A stretch of DNA of 64,000 nucleotides, from positions 2,592,001 to 2,656,000 of the forward strand of contig OZ001293.3 of assembly GCA_963921275.4 (NCBI GenBank), read 5' to 3'. Made by a program: the position numbers and the translations under genes. This DNA comes from an uncultured Hormoscilla sp. (GTDB lineage Bacteria; Cyanobacteriota; Cyanobacteriia; Cyanobacteriales; Desertifilaceae). The notes beneath the pieces were generated by a model, which saw only the letters and a list, made by a program, of their open reading frames with translations, had not been told where the DNA came from and did not search any database. Positions 32,779-43,310 of this stretch are shown here, in pieces (position 1 is the stretch's first letter; each line of letters begins with the position of its first letter).

Positions 32779-35700
32779 ATGACCATATTTTTCGTAACGC
32801 CAGATGACGATCGCGTTACGGGCACCCCAGAAAGAGACCAGATATCGGGTCTGGAAGGAAATGATACTATCAATGGCGCTGGCGGAGATGACGAACTGCG
32901 CGGTAACCAGGGTAATGATATCTTGAACGGTGGTCCGGGAAGCGATCGCCTGTTCGGGAACCAGGGTAATGACATTCTCTCAGGCGGTTCGGGCCAGGAT
33001 ACTCTAATCGGAGGCGCCGGCGGAGATATCTTTATCTTGGGACAGGGACAGTCCAATTTCAGGAATGCCGATCTAATCGCAGATTTTCGTCAAGGTCAGG
33101 ATTTAATTGGTTTGAGGAACGGACGGGAATTTGCTGACCTGGAGATCCTAGGTGGCCGCAACGCTGTCCTGCGCCACCGACTACGGGGAGAATTTTTGGC
33201 CATCATCAGGGGAGTTCGGCAATCGGAAATCACCTCAGAGGACTTCACCACGGACTACCGTTCCGGAAAAATCGGGCCACCAACCACGGGACTGGAGGCG
33301 ATCGCCTCCATCGAACTCAGCGGGGCCGAAATTATCGCCCACGACGACTCTACTCAACGGTTGTTTGTAGTCACGGGGAACGAGTTCCTGGAAATTATCG
33401 ATATCGCCGACCCCACCAACCCCATTCAGGTGGATAGCATCAACCTCAGACCCTTTACCGCCAACAGTGTCGCCGCGAACAATGGCATTATCGCCGTTGC
33501 CATTGAAAATACTGTCGCCCAAGACCCTGGACTGGTAGGATTTTTCGATGGGGAGGGAGGATTTTTCGGTGCTGTCACCGTGGGGGCCCTGCCAGATATG
33601 ATTACTTTCACCCCCGATGGTCAAAAAGTTCTCGTGGCGAATGAAGGAGAACCTAACGATGATTATACCATTGACCCAGAAGGTTCTGTCAGCATTATCG
33701 ATCTATCTGGTGGGGTTGCTAACCTGAGTCAGGATAACGTTACTACTGCTGACTTTACCGCTTTTAACGATCGCCTCTCCGAACTCCTGGCAGCGGGAGT
33801 GAGGATCTTCGGTCCGGGGGCCACGGTAGCAGAAGATGTCGAACCTGAATATATCACAGTTTCGGCAGATTCCCAAACCGCCTGGATTTCTTTGCAAGAA
33901 AATAATGCGATCGCCCGCTTGGACATCAACGCCGGGGAGATAACGGGAATCTTCCCCCTGGGGTTCAAAGACCACAATGCCCAACCAGTTTTGAATACTT
34001 TCTTCTTCAACCCTGCCGAGTTACCCAGTCTGGGAACCACCGATTTTTCCGGAACGGTAGCGCGAGGGGAGATTAAACTGAGTGGATTCTCCGGATTATA
34101 CTATGAAGGGGTCAACCCCGAGAATGGGAATTTGCAATTTATCACCCATCCCGATCGGGGACCCGATGACGGCACAGATGAAAATGGTAATCGGATATTT
34201 CTCTTACCCGAGTTCCAACCAGAATTAGTTCGCTTTGAACTGGATCGGGAGTCGGGTGTATTAGATATTGTCGATCGCATCGGTCTGAAACGTCAAGATG
34301 GCACGCCCCTGACGGGTTTACCCAACCTGCCAGAATTAGATCCGGACAGTCCCGTAGACGAAGATGGTAACCTGTTAGAGTTCGACCCCTTGGGAATAGA
34401 TGCTGAGGGAGTTGTGGTGGCGCCGGACGGAACCTTCTGGTTAGTAGACGAATACCGTCCCTCCATCTATCACTTCCTCCCCGACGGAACTCTATTTAAC
34501 CGTTACGTACCAGAAGGACTCGACCCCGCTGTGGGAACCCCGGCATTACCCGCAGTGTATAATACGCGGCGACCCAACCGAGGGTTTGAAGCAGTGGCCT
34601 ACGAGGAAGGGAAAATCTATGCTTTCATTCAGCGACAACAAAGGACCGGAACCAGAAGGGGTCGCAGTGGGACAAGTGGGCGATCGCACCTATGCCTTCA
34701 TCGGCTTAGAACGGATTGGGGGTATCATGACCTATGATGTCACAGATCCGTTTAATCCCAAGTTCGTCCAGTATCTGAATAATAATCCCGAGTTTCTGCC
34801 TACAGGAGACATTGCCCCCGAAGGACTGACCTTTATCTCCCAGACAAATAGTCCCACAAACAATCCTCTGTTAGTTGTCGGGAACGAAGTCAGCGCCACA
34901 ACTACAATATTCGAGTTCGGGGGTGACTCTCGCGGTCCCGGTCCGCAACCCAACAGTCTGGTAAATGGGGTTGCTAGCGGCGATACGACTCAGGATGGGA
35001 CAGTATTATGGACTCGCAGCACATCACTAGGGGATGTCACCTTTGAATATGCTACGGACCCCAACTTTCTGACTATTGTTGGCAGCGAGAATGCTACAGT
35101 CACGAACCCCGACCTGCCAGTAAAGGTAGAATTGACGGGTTTGAGTCCGGGAACTGAGTATTATTATCGCGTGACTGACTCCGCCGGAGACTCAGAGACT
35201 GGAAAGTTCGCAACTGCTAACGAACTGGGAACCCAAGCAGGGTTGACCTTTGGCGTATCTGGAGACTGGCGGGGCGAGTTAAGTCCCTATCCCGCGATCG
35301 TCAACGCCCCAGAAAAAGATTTAGACTTTTTCGTGTTGCATGGGGACACCGTCTACGCCGACTTTCCCTCTCCCGCCGTCCCTCTGGAACAGGCCACAAC
35401 CCTAGCAGAGTTTCGGGACAAAAACAGCGAAGTGTACGATACCCGCTTGGGTTTGAATGCCTGGGGGGACCTGCGGGCCTCCACTTCGGTGTTAGCGACC
35501 ATAGACGACCACGAAGTCACCAACGACTTTGCCGGGGGTGCCCCAGCAGCAACGGATCCCCGCTTTGGCACATCTGATGGTTTAATCAACGACACCGAAC
35601 TGTATTCTTGGAATGCAAGCATTCCAAGAATACAATCCCATCCGGGATGAATTTTATGGAGAAACGGGAGACCCTCGCACCGCTGGCGAACGAAAACTCT

Positions 35701-36566
35701 ATCGGTTTAATACCTACGGGGATGATGCTGCCGTCATCATTCTGGACAACCGTTCTTTCCGCGACCCCCAGCTGCCAAACGTGACGGATGTCACCGATAC
35801 CGAACAAGTTGCTGCATTTTTGGCAAGTTTTTTCGACCCCGATCGCACGATGCTGGGGGCCCAGCAGCTAGCAGACTTAAAAGCAGACTTGCTGCAAGCA
35901 TCCGATAATGGCATCACCTGGAAATTCGTGATGGTGCCCGAACCCATCCAAAACCTGGGGGTAGCGCTAGCGGCCGATCGGTTTGAAGGATATGCAGCGG
36001 AACGGACGGAGATTTTGCAATTCATCTACCAGAACAATATCGAGAATGTCGTCTTCGTAGCAGCAGACGTGCATGGGACGATCGTCAATAATCTCACCTA
36101 TCAGACCGACCCTCTAGGGCCCCAAATACCCACAGGTGCCTGGGAAATCACCACGGGTGCTGTCGCTTACGATCGGCCCTTAGGACCCACGGTAGTGGGA
36201 ATAGCTGCGGCCAGTGGTTTACTAACACCGGAACAACTAGAATTTTACAATTCTCTTCCCACTGTCAACGATGGAGATGATGTTGTCGATGACAAGGATG
36301 ACTTTTTCAAAGATCTGACCGACCAACAGCTAATTCCCTTCGGTTATGACCCCGTGGGATTGCAAGATTCCGGGATTGATGCTACCTTACTCCAAGGTGA
36401 CTATGTTGCTGCTCACAGTTACGGCTGGACGGAGTTCGCGATCAATCCCATCAGCCAAAACCTGCTAGTCACCACCTACGGGATAGACTCCTACAGCGAA
36501 GACCAACTGCTAGCAAATCCTGGGGCCATTGTCGGGCGCGTGCCCGCGATCGTCAGTCAGTTTTAA
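32779..36566 (+). pseudogene. Multidomain alkaline phosphatase (RTX repeats, choice-of-anchor I, phytase-like, PhoD), deleted and frameshifted
   Basis: GGxGxDxL repeats; VGALPDM..ANEGEP; NRGFEA; SDNKGPEPEGV; GVASGD..VLWTR, HGDTVYAD and DDHEV. Frame breaks near 34630 and 35612. Confidence 0.8.
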
Positions 36567-36684
36567 GTAACCCCCGTGTAGTCGGTCAAGAAACCGGGTT
36601 TGGATGGTCAAGGATCTTTTTGTTTATCGGGTCGGGTTGTTCTTCATTAGAAACCCGGTTTCTAGCTTCTACTGCACTCTACTG

Positions 36685-37332
36685 CTACAGCAAGCAGATC
36701 GCCTTGAGAACTTGCAGTAGTTCCCGGGTGCGATCGCCTGCAAAAAAGTCCAGTATTGGCATAAATTGATAAGTAGGCGGATTTCCCTGTTGAATATAAA
36801 CAAACTGATAGGTACGACCATTAGTAGTCAAGCCCCAAACCGATGCTTGACTTTCGAGGCTTTGGAAAGCATAGGTGAGTAATTGGGACAAACCGGTAAA
36901 TTCCGCTGCTGCGCTGTTTTTGCTTTCTACGACCAAAATCCACAGAGGGGTATTACTTGCAGTATATTTCTGTTTGTGGGCAGCGACAATATCAAAGCGC
37001 CCTGTAATATAGGTATCCTCATCATCAATATAAAGGCGGGCAATATCTTCTTCAATTTTCACCTGGATGGGGGGCCGGTTAAAACCAGCTAACCGCAATA
37101 ATGGTGCAACCGCTATAACGCGCACCTGTCCTTCCGTGACTTTCCCCTCTCTCCAATAGGCGATCAACTCATTCTGTATGCGATCGAGTTCCTGTTGTTC
37201 GCTGTCAGTCAGGGGTTCGATTTTTCCGGAACGGTGGGTTAACAGCGGGGTAAAGGAACCGTTGTATCTGGGTTGAAACCCTAGCAAGCGTTCGACATCT
37301 TGTAGAGAAAGCTTGCGAGGTATTGTAGTCAT
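36685..37332 (-). CDS. HsdR N-terminal-like PD-(D/E)XK protein
   Basis: Motifs GRFDIV, VVESK, QLLTYA and GLTTNG. Confidence 0.7.
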   Translation of the reverse strand: MTTIPRKLSLQDVERLLGFQPRYNGSFTPLLTHRSGKIEPLTDSEQQELDRIQNELIAYWREGKVTEGQVRVIAVAPLLRLAGFNRPPIQVKIEEDIARLYIDDEDTYITGRFDIVAAHKQKYTASNTPLWILVVESKNSAAAEFTGLSQLLTYAFQSLESQASVWGLTTNGRTYQFVYIQQGNPPTYQFMPILDFFAGDRTRELLQVLKAICLL

Positions 37333-37555
37333 AACATAGGATAGAATTGGTATTAGATATCATTATAGCACCTCTTGTCACTACTACTGGACAGACTCTC
37401 GATAGTTAGTCAGACCTTTGTCATCAGCATGGGCTCTGACCAACTCCGATCGTCAGTCAGCCCACGATCGTGATAACATCAATTTATTTACTTGCCAAGA
37501 AAAAAGTTATCGTGGTATGATAGAGGAAGATAATCAAATAGGAGTACACAAAACC

Positions 37556-37783
37556 ATGATGACTGGATTAGAAGCATTACAATCTGTCCAATTTGTCACG
37601 GTAAAAGGAAAGCGACTAGCTGTCCTGAGTGCAGAAGATTGGGAAGCCATGATAGAATGGTTGGAAAATGTTGAAGATGTGCAAATCGCCCAGAGGGCCT
37701 TCGCACAATTGAAAGCAGTAGGAGGTGATCGGGAAAAAGTAGGTTGGTTGAAATGGGACTCTGTGGAAAAGGAGTTAGAGTGA
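37556..37783 (+). CDS. Putative type II antitoxin
   Basis: 75 aa acidic protein (GKRLAVLSAEDWE..LENVED). Its stop overlaps the start of a RelE-like gene (GTGA). Confidence 0.65.
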   Translation: MMTGLEALQSVQFVTVKGKRLAVLSAEDWEAMIEWLENVEDVQIAQRAFAQLKAVGGDREKVGWLKWDSVEKELE

Positions 37784-38129
37784 AACACTATACAGTTTAC
37801 ATCACCCCTGAAACATTTCGTGAAATCAAAAACCTTCCATAGAACATAGGACAGCGCGTCAGACAAGCGATTAGAGAATTGGGGCTGAAAATCCTCGCCC
37901 GTCTCGCAGTAAAATGCTTAACGTGCCTGACTTTGAAAACGAGTTCTGGCGACTGCGGCTAGATAGTTGGCGGATCTTGTATGCGATTGCAGAAGCGGAT
38001 CTGGTAGTAGACGTAGTTGCTGTACGTAAACGCCCGCCATATGACTACGGAGACTTGGAGAGACTGATAAAAAAACTTACAGTAGCACCCCTGCCAAGGA
38101 GACATTTGACACAAACTATACAATATTAA
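37780..38129 (+). pseudogene. RelE/ParE-family toxin, stop codon plus frameshift
   Basis: Reads VKHYTVYIT..NLP*..; then NPRPSRSKML..WRLRLDSWRILYAI..VVAVRKR in another frame. Confidence 0.75.
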
Positions 38130-38208
38130 ATTGTCTGTGTCAAGTGATGCAGTAAGCTAATAACAATGAAGAACCATGCCATTAACCATTAACCATTAAC
38201 CATTAACC

Positions 38209-39318
38209 ATGATAAGCAATGTCAAAATACTTACCATCCCACTATCGGGAAGTTGCGCGCTCGTTAGCGAGAACTTTGGATCGCAGTTCCAAACCTACTG
38301 TTCCGGTTCCAGTATCTCCCCCCTGTTCATGCTAGGGGATGCTGTAGAACTCTTAAACTCACTACCAAGTGAGTCGATCGACTGCTGCATGACCAGTCCT
38401 CCCTACTGGGGGAAGCGGGAGTACGAAGCCGGAGGAATTGGTCTAGAAAAAGATTTCCAGGATTACATTAATAATTTATGTGCAGTATTTGCAGAAGTCA
38501 AGCGAGTATTGAAGTCAACAGGCTCGTTTTGGTTGAATATTGGCGACAGTTACTGTAGTAAGCAGCTTCTGGGTATTCCCTGGCGGGTGGCGATCACCCT
38601 CACCGACTCCCAAGGATGGACCCTGAGAAACAGCGCCATCTGGAATAAAGTTAAAGGCGGCCCAGATCGGGCCAAAGATCGACTGCGAAACATCCACGAA
38701 AATGTCTTCCATTTCGTTAAATCACCCAAAGGTTACTACTATGATGAGGATGCAATAAGATCCACTCCCAGAAAAGCCAAAGTAGTCAATGGAGCAATTG
38801 TATCAGCAACAGGAGTGACAGGTATTCGCTATCACCGTCAAATCGAACTATCTACAGAACTTACAGAAATAGAGAAAGCCAATGCTAGGGCTGCTTTAGA
38901 TGCCATGCTGGAAGAAATTAAAAATGGCAATTTGGCTGATTTTCGCATGATTATCCGGGGTCAACAGCGAACGACGCACTCCAATTATACCTCAGTTTCG
39001 GGACGGGCAAAAGAACTTAAAGAGAAAGGCTTTTACTTTCTTAAGTATCACCCCAAAGGCTCAAAGCCAAGTGACATTTGGGAAATTTTACCAGAAGATA
39101 GTCAGAAGCGCAAGGTTCATTTTGCCCCTTACCCCGTCGATCTCTGTAAAATTCCCATATCAGCAACTTGTCCGCCTAAGGGAATAGTTCTCGATCCATT
39201 TGCAGGAACTGGTACGACAATGGTAGCAGCGCGACTACAGATGAAAAAATCCATCGGTATTGATATTTGCCGCCGATACCTAGAACTAGCGCAAGAAAGA
39301 AGCGAAACAATTTTATGA
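38209..39318 (+). CDS. Beta-class amino (likely N4-C) DNA methyltransferase
   Basis: TSPPYW near the N-terminus; HFAPYP and VLDPFAGTGTT near the C-terminus. Confidence 0.9.
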   Translation: MISNVKILTIPLSGSCALVSENFGSQFQTYCSGSSISPLFMLGDAVELLNSLPSESIDCCMTSPPYWGKREYEAGGIGLEKDFQDYINNLCAVFAEVKRVLKSTGSFWLNIGDSYCSKQLLGIPWRVAITLTDSQGWTLRNSAIWNKVKGGPDRAKDRLRNIHENVFHFVKSPKGYYYDEDAIRSTPRKAKVVNGAIVSATGVTGIRYHRQIELSTELTEIEKANARAALDAMLEEIKNGNLADFRMIIRGQQRTTHSNYTSVSGRAKELKEKGFYFLKYHPKGSKPSDIWEILPEDSQKRKVHFAPYPVDLCKIPISATCPPKGIVLDPFAGTGTTMVAARLQMKKSIGIDICRRYLELAQERSETIL

Positions 39319-40163
39319 GCAAAGTTGTTGAATTGTTTGGAATATCAAAGACAGAAGCAAATGTAGACTGGTCAAATGTTGTAGAAGAACAGCATTGTCC
39401 CTATCTACAAAAACGCTGCATTAAAATTCGCAAGAGTCAACCCGAAGTTTCTATAGGCACCTGTACGGTAATGTATGGGAAGCAAAAAGTTTCCACAATC
39501 ATCTGTCCTCATCGCCTGCTGGAACGAAAGCAAATATTTACAGACTGTCTGCACTTGTTAACCACGCATCAACCTGGAAATGAATTGCACGTTGTGACTG
39601 AAGTCTCACTCCCAGGAGGCAACGTAGATTACTTTCTATTGTCAGTCAATCAAAGCAAAGTAAGAGATTTTGTAGGAATTGAATTGCAGGCCCTGGATAC
39701 GACTGGAACCGTTTGGCAAGAACGCAAACGATTGCTTGAGGATCTTGGCGTTGAAGCAAATGCAGGTGATAATGAGTCTCGCAAATCTTTTGGAATTAAC
39801 TGGAAGATGACAGCAAAGACAAGCCTAGTTCAGTTACATCATAAAATAGATACTTTTGAAAAGTTACAGAAAAAGTTGGTATTGGTGGTTCAAGACTGCT
39901 TTCTTAGCTATATGCAGCGCCAGTTTAATTTTGCCCATGTAAACCAAGCTATAATCCGAGACTCAATGCACATTCACTCTTATCAGATGGTGATGCAAGC
40001 AGAGCACTCCTACAAGCTAACTTTAGAGGAACGCCTCAGTACTGATGCAGCGGGAATCGCTAAATGTCTAGAACTGCAAGCTGAAGCAAATGTTGAACTC
40101 GAACAGATAATCCAGGTTCTGGAATCAAAAATTTTAGGAGCTACTCTCTTCACACTTGTCTGA
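39315..40163 (+). CDS. NotI-family type II restriction endonuclease
   Basis: Cys cluster CPY..RC.K..C..CP, then GNVDYFL and GIELQALDTTG. ATGA overlap with the MTase stop. Confidence 0.75.
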   Translation: MSKVVELFGISKTEANVDWSNVVEEQHCPYLQKRCIKIRKSQPEVSIGTCTVMYGKQKVSTIICPHRLLERKQIFTDCLHLLTTHQPGNELHVVTEVSLPGGNVDYFLLSVNQSKVRDFVGIELQALDTTGTVWQERKRLLEDLGVEANAGDNESRKSFGINWKMTAKTSLVQLHHKIDTFEKLQKKLVLVVQDCFLSYMQRQFNFAHVNQAIIRDSMHIHSYQMVMQAEHSYKLTLEERLSTDAAGIAKCLELQAEANVELEQIIQVLESKILGATLFTLV

Positions 40164-40265
40164 TATCAATTTGTAGGTTCTCGTATTTGGAATAAAAGAA
40201 TATGATTGACAGAGTTCGCGCAATGGCGATCCAATTCTCAATTAACCATTGTTCAATTTCCTGTG

Positions 40266-41417
40266 TTAATTTCTCTGATAGCGCATACCAGGCAGTTGGG
40301 ACACCAAACCCAACAACTCTAACTGCAACAACGCACTAGAAACAGAACTAGCATCCATGACAGCTTGCTCGACAATTAAATCAAACAATATCGCTTCTGA
40401 CGGTACAGCCTCCAACACCTTTGCCAGGTCTGGCGCTAAATCGGGTACAGTCGGTGAAGAGGACGCAGGCGCAAACAACTCCAACTGTTCGGCCTTCTGT
40501 TCCCTCTGAGAGACTGGTGCAGCATCCAGTTGGGGAATAGCACCCAACATTTCCAGCAGATAACCTTCACTAATAATCAATTGGGCCCCCTTACTCAGTA
40601 GCCCCAAACAACCCTGAGACTTCAGATCGTCCAGACGCCCAGGCAAAACATAGACATCTCGCCCAAAATCATTGGCCAAGCGGGCGCTAATCAATGCACC
40701 CGAATTCACAGGCGCTTCCATGATCAGCACAGCACGACATAAACCTACAATAATCCGATTACGTTGGGGAAAGTGAGCCCGATCGGGTTGAGTACCTGCC
40801 GGATACTCACTTACCATCAACCCCTGCTGGAGAATTTGTTCATAAAGCTGTTTATTTCGAGGCGGATAAATCATATCCACCCCCGTGCCAAAGACCGCGA
40901 TCGTCCGTCCGCTGGCTTCCAGACAGCCCCGATGGGCTTCACTATCAATACCCTGTGCCATGCCAGAGACGATCGTAAAACCCTGCTGGGCAAGAGTGCT
41001 ACTAATTCTGCGAGTCCAGCGTTTACCATAGTCAGTCGGTTCCCGCGTCCCGACGATCGCCACTGCTGGTGTCATGCCTTGATTTTCCTCTCGTCGCACC
41101 ACCCCCCGGTAATACAGCAGGGTCGGAGGATTAGGAATTTCCCGCAGCAGGCGAGGATAGTCAGCATCAGCAGGAGTCCAAAAATGAGGATTTTTCCGTA
41201 AATGCGCTTCGGCGAGTTTTTCCGGGTCGATCGCCTTTCGGGCCGCCAACACCGTTGCCACCGTCTTAGGGCCAAACCCCTCCACTTGCCCCAAAGCCTC
41301 AGCATCCGCATGCCAAGCAGCTGCCAGGGTGCCAAAATGCTGTTGCAGACGCAATAGCAGAATCGGTCCAATGCCCTTAACCTGCGACCAGGCCAACCAA
41401 AATGCACCTTCTGCCAT
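40266..41417 (-). CDS. dprA: DNA-processing protein DprA
   Basis: Motifs AIVGTR, IVSGMAQGID..AH, FPQRNRII and EAP..SGALISA. Confidence 0.95.
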   Translation of the reverse strand: MAEGAFWLAWSQVKGIGPILLLRLQQHFGTLAAAWHADAEALGQVEGFGPKTVATVLAARKAIDPEKLAEAHLRKNPHFWTPADADYPRLLREIPNPPTLLYYRGVVRREENQGMTPAVAIVGTREPTDYGKRWTRRISSTLAQQGFTIVSGMAQGIDSEAHRGCLEASGRTIAVFGTGVDMIYPPRNKQLYEQILQQGLMVSEYPAGTQPDRAHFPQRNRIIVGLCRAVLIMEAPVNSGALISARLANDFGRDVYVLPGRLDDLKSQGCLGLLSKGAQLIISEGYLLEMLGAIPQLDAAPVSQREQKAEQLELFAPASSSPTVPDLAPDLAKVLEAVPSEAILFDLIVEQAVMDASSVSSALLQLELLGLVSQLPGMRYQRN

Positions 41418-41912
41418 TTGCTAATTATTCGTGTTCATTGTCAACAGGTTGCCCTTGTCTCCCCCGGTCAGACAGCCACCGTTCCCGTGGCTCCGACGGA
41501 GCGGTGGGTTCTGTCACTTGACAGACTCGATCAATATTCAATCATGTCTGTCAAGTGACAGGAGGATGACACTCTTGCATCTGTAATGGTATACTAAGTG
41601 AATTAAACCATGAAAAATTCGCTTATGCGGGACTTGAGAATTTTCTCAGGCAAAAAACGGCTTCTTAGCTGACTGGGTGGGGGATTTAGGTCGAACGTGC
41701 TCTTGGGAGCTTAAACCCAGAGCCTGCGGAGTTCCAGACCTGATCGACTTAAAAGTGCCTCTGTGAAAAGGTTTGATACCAATTGACGCCTATTTTTTCG
41801 CAAAGTCCCGATAGCCATCCTGGGCGACTTGCCGCTCGCCAAAAATGCAAATAGCTTCTTGTTAATGGTCAAATGTAAATTATTTGTTTTGATTTGCACT
41901 TTAGCCTTCGGC

Positions 41913-42019
41913 GTCTCCTGGGTAGTGCGAGTACAAAGCGAGCGGTCTCCTCTTTTGTGCGAATATGATGTCCCCCGGGTTTCGCCGTGCATTCGGGGGA
42001 CATCAAGCTTCCAGGAGAC
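41913..42019 (+). repeat. About 107-bp MITE-like element with TIRs, copy A
   Basis: GTCTCCTGGG...TCCAGGAGAC with internal hairpin GATGTCCCCCG/CGGGGGACATC. Confidence 0.7.
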
Positions 42020-42074
42020 ACCTCCCAGGAGACGCCAACAAAACTATCATCAATCATGTAGTGGAAGTAGGACG

Positions 42075-42806
42075 ATGAGCCAAATTAGCGTTGTCTTGAT
42101 TGAAGATCATGACCTGACTCGCGTGGGTCTGCGGACAGCATTTCATCAGCGGCGCGAGGTAAAAGTAATAGGCGAAGCAGCTAATGGCAAGGAAGGTCTG
42201 AAGTTGGTGACCGACATTAAGCCAGATATCGCTATAGTCGATATCGGTTTGCCAGACATAGATGGAATAGAGCTGACTCGCTGGCTGAAGAAGAACAGGT
42301 CAGCATCAAGAGAGTCCAAACAAAAAGTCTTGATTTTAACCATGCAGGACAATGATGAGACGGTGCTAGCAGCATTTGCAGCCGGTGCAGACTCGTACTG
42401 TATGAAGGATGTCAACCTAGAAAAGTTGATCGAGGCCCTAATCGTTACCCAAGAAGGCAACAATTGGGTGGACCCGACGATCGCCAGGATAGTGCTACAG
42501 CAAGCACGCAACAATTCGACAAGTGGACGTTCAGCAGGGTTCGGTGGTGCAGCACGGCCAAAAGCTATTCAGGTGAGTTTGAAACCAGAATATGGCCCGC
42601 GGCGGCAAACATCCTCCCTGACAGAAAGGGAATTGCAAGTGCTAGAACTAATTGTGGCAGGATGCAGTAATGCCGCGATCGCCGAAAGGCTGTATATTAC
42701 TGTAGGGACAGTCAAAACCCACGTCCGGAATATTCTCAACAAGCTCTGTGCTGATGACCGCACCCAAGCAGCGGTGCGGGCTCTACGCCGTGGCTTAGTA
42801 GGATGA
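42075..42806 (+). CDS. NarL/LuxR-family response regulator
   Basis: REC domain (IEDHDL, VDIGLPDIDG) plus LuxR HTH (LTERELQVL..TVKTHVRNILNKL). Confidence 0.93.
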   Translation: MSQISVVLIEDHDLTRVGLRTAFHQRREVKVIGEAANGKEGLKLVTDIKPDIAIVDIGLPDIDGIELTRWLKKNRSASRESKQKVLILTMQDNDETVLAAFAAGADSYCMKDVNLEKLIEALIVTQEGNNWVDPTIARIVLQQARNNSTSGRSAGFGGAARPKAIQVSLKPEYGPRRQTSSLTERELQVLELIVAGCSNAAIAERLYITVGTVKTHVRNILNKLCADDRTQAAVRALRRGLVG

Positions 42807-42840
42807 CCAGTCGATGTTTCCTGGGTAGTGCGAATACGAT

Positions 42841-42948
42841 GTCTTCTGGGTAGTGCGACTAGACACGCGAGCGGTCTCCTCTTTTGTGCAAATATGATGT
42901 CCCCCGGGTTTCGCCGTGCGTCCGGGGGACATCAAGCTCCCAGGAGAC
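42841..42948 (+). repeat. About 108-bp MITE-like element, copy B
   Basis: Colinear with 41913-42019. Confidence 0.7.
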
Positions 42949-43310
42949 CGCTCGCCCTGTCAGAAGACATCGAGCGACCAGGAAACATCGAATGTGTCTC
43001 CTGGGTAGTGCGGGGGCATCGTCGCACACCATCGGGAAGGCGACAAACCAATTTCGCCAGATGGCTCAGTTAAGATATAACCTGTAAACTGATATCAGCT
43101 TCGATGTCTCTGCCAGAGATCTTGTCCCAGGGGACATGGCTGCGCTCCCGCAAGGGATACGGCACACAGGAGACATCGATTGGGCATTGTCAATCGCTAG
43201 CGCTCCTGGGTCGCACGATGGATCTGCTGCGCGATCGGCGGGGAAAGGAGAATATAAATAGACTTACACTCAAGCCATTGGCGTTAAATTAACATTAAGT
43301 GGAGTACGGC

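Noticed and set aside
41829..42074. 82-aa N-terminal extension of the response regulator
   Set aside because: It is read-through of a MITE-like repeat. The REC domain starts at ATG 42075.
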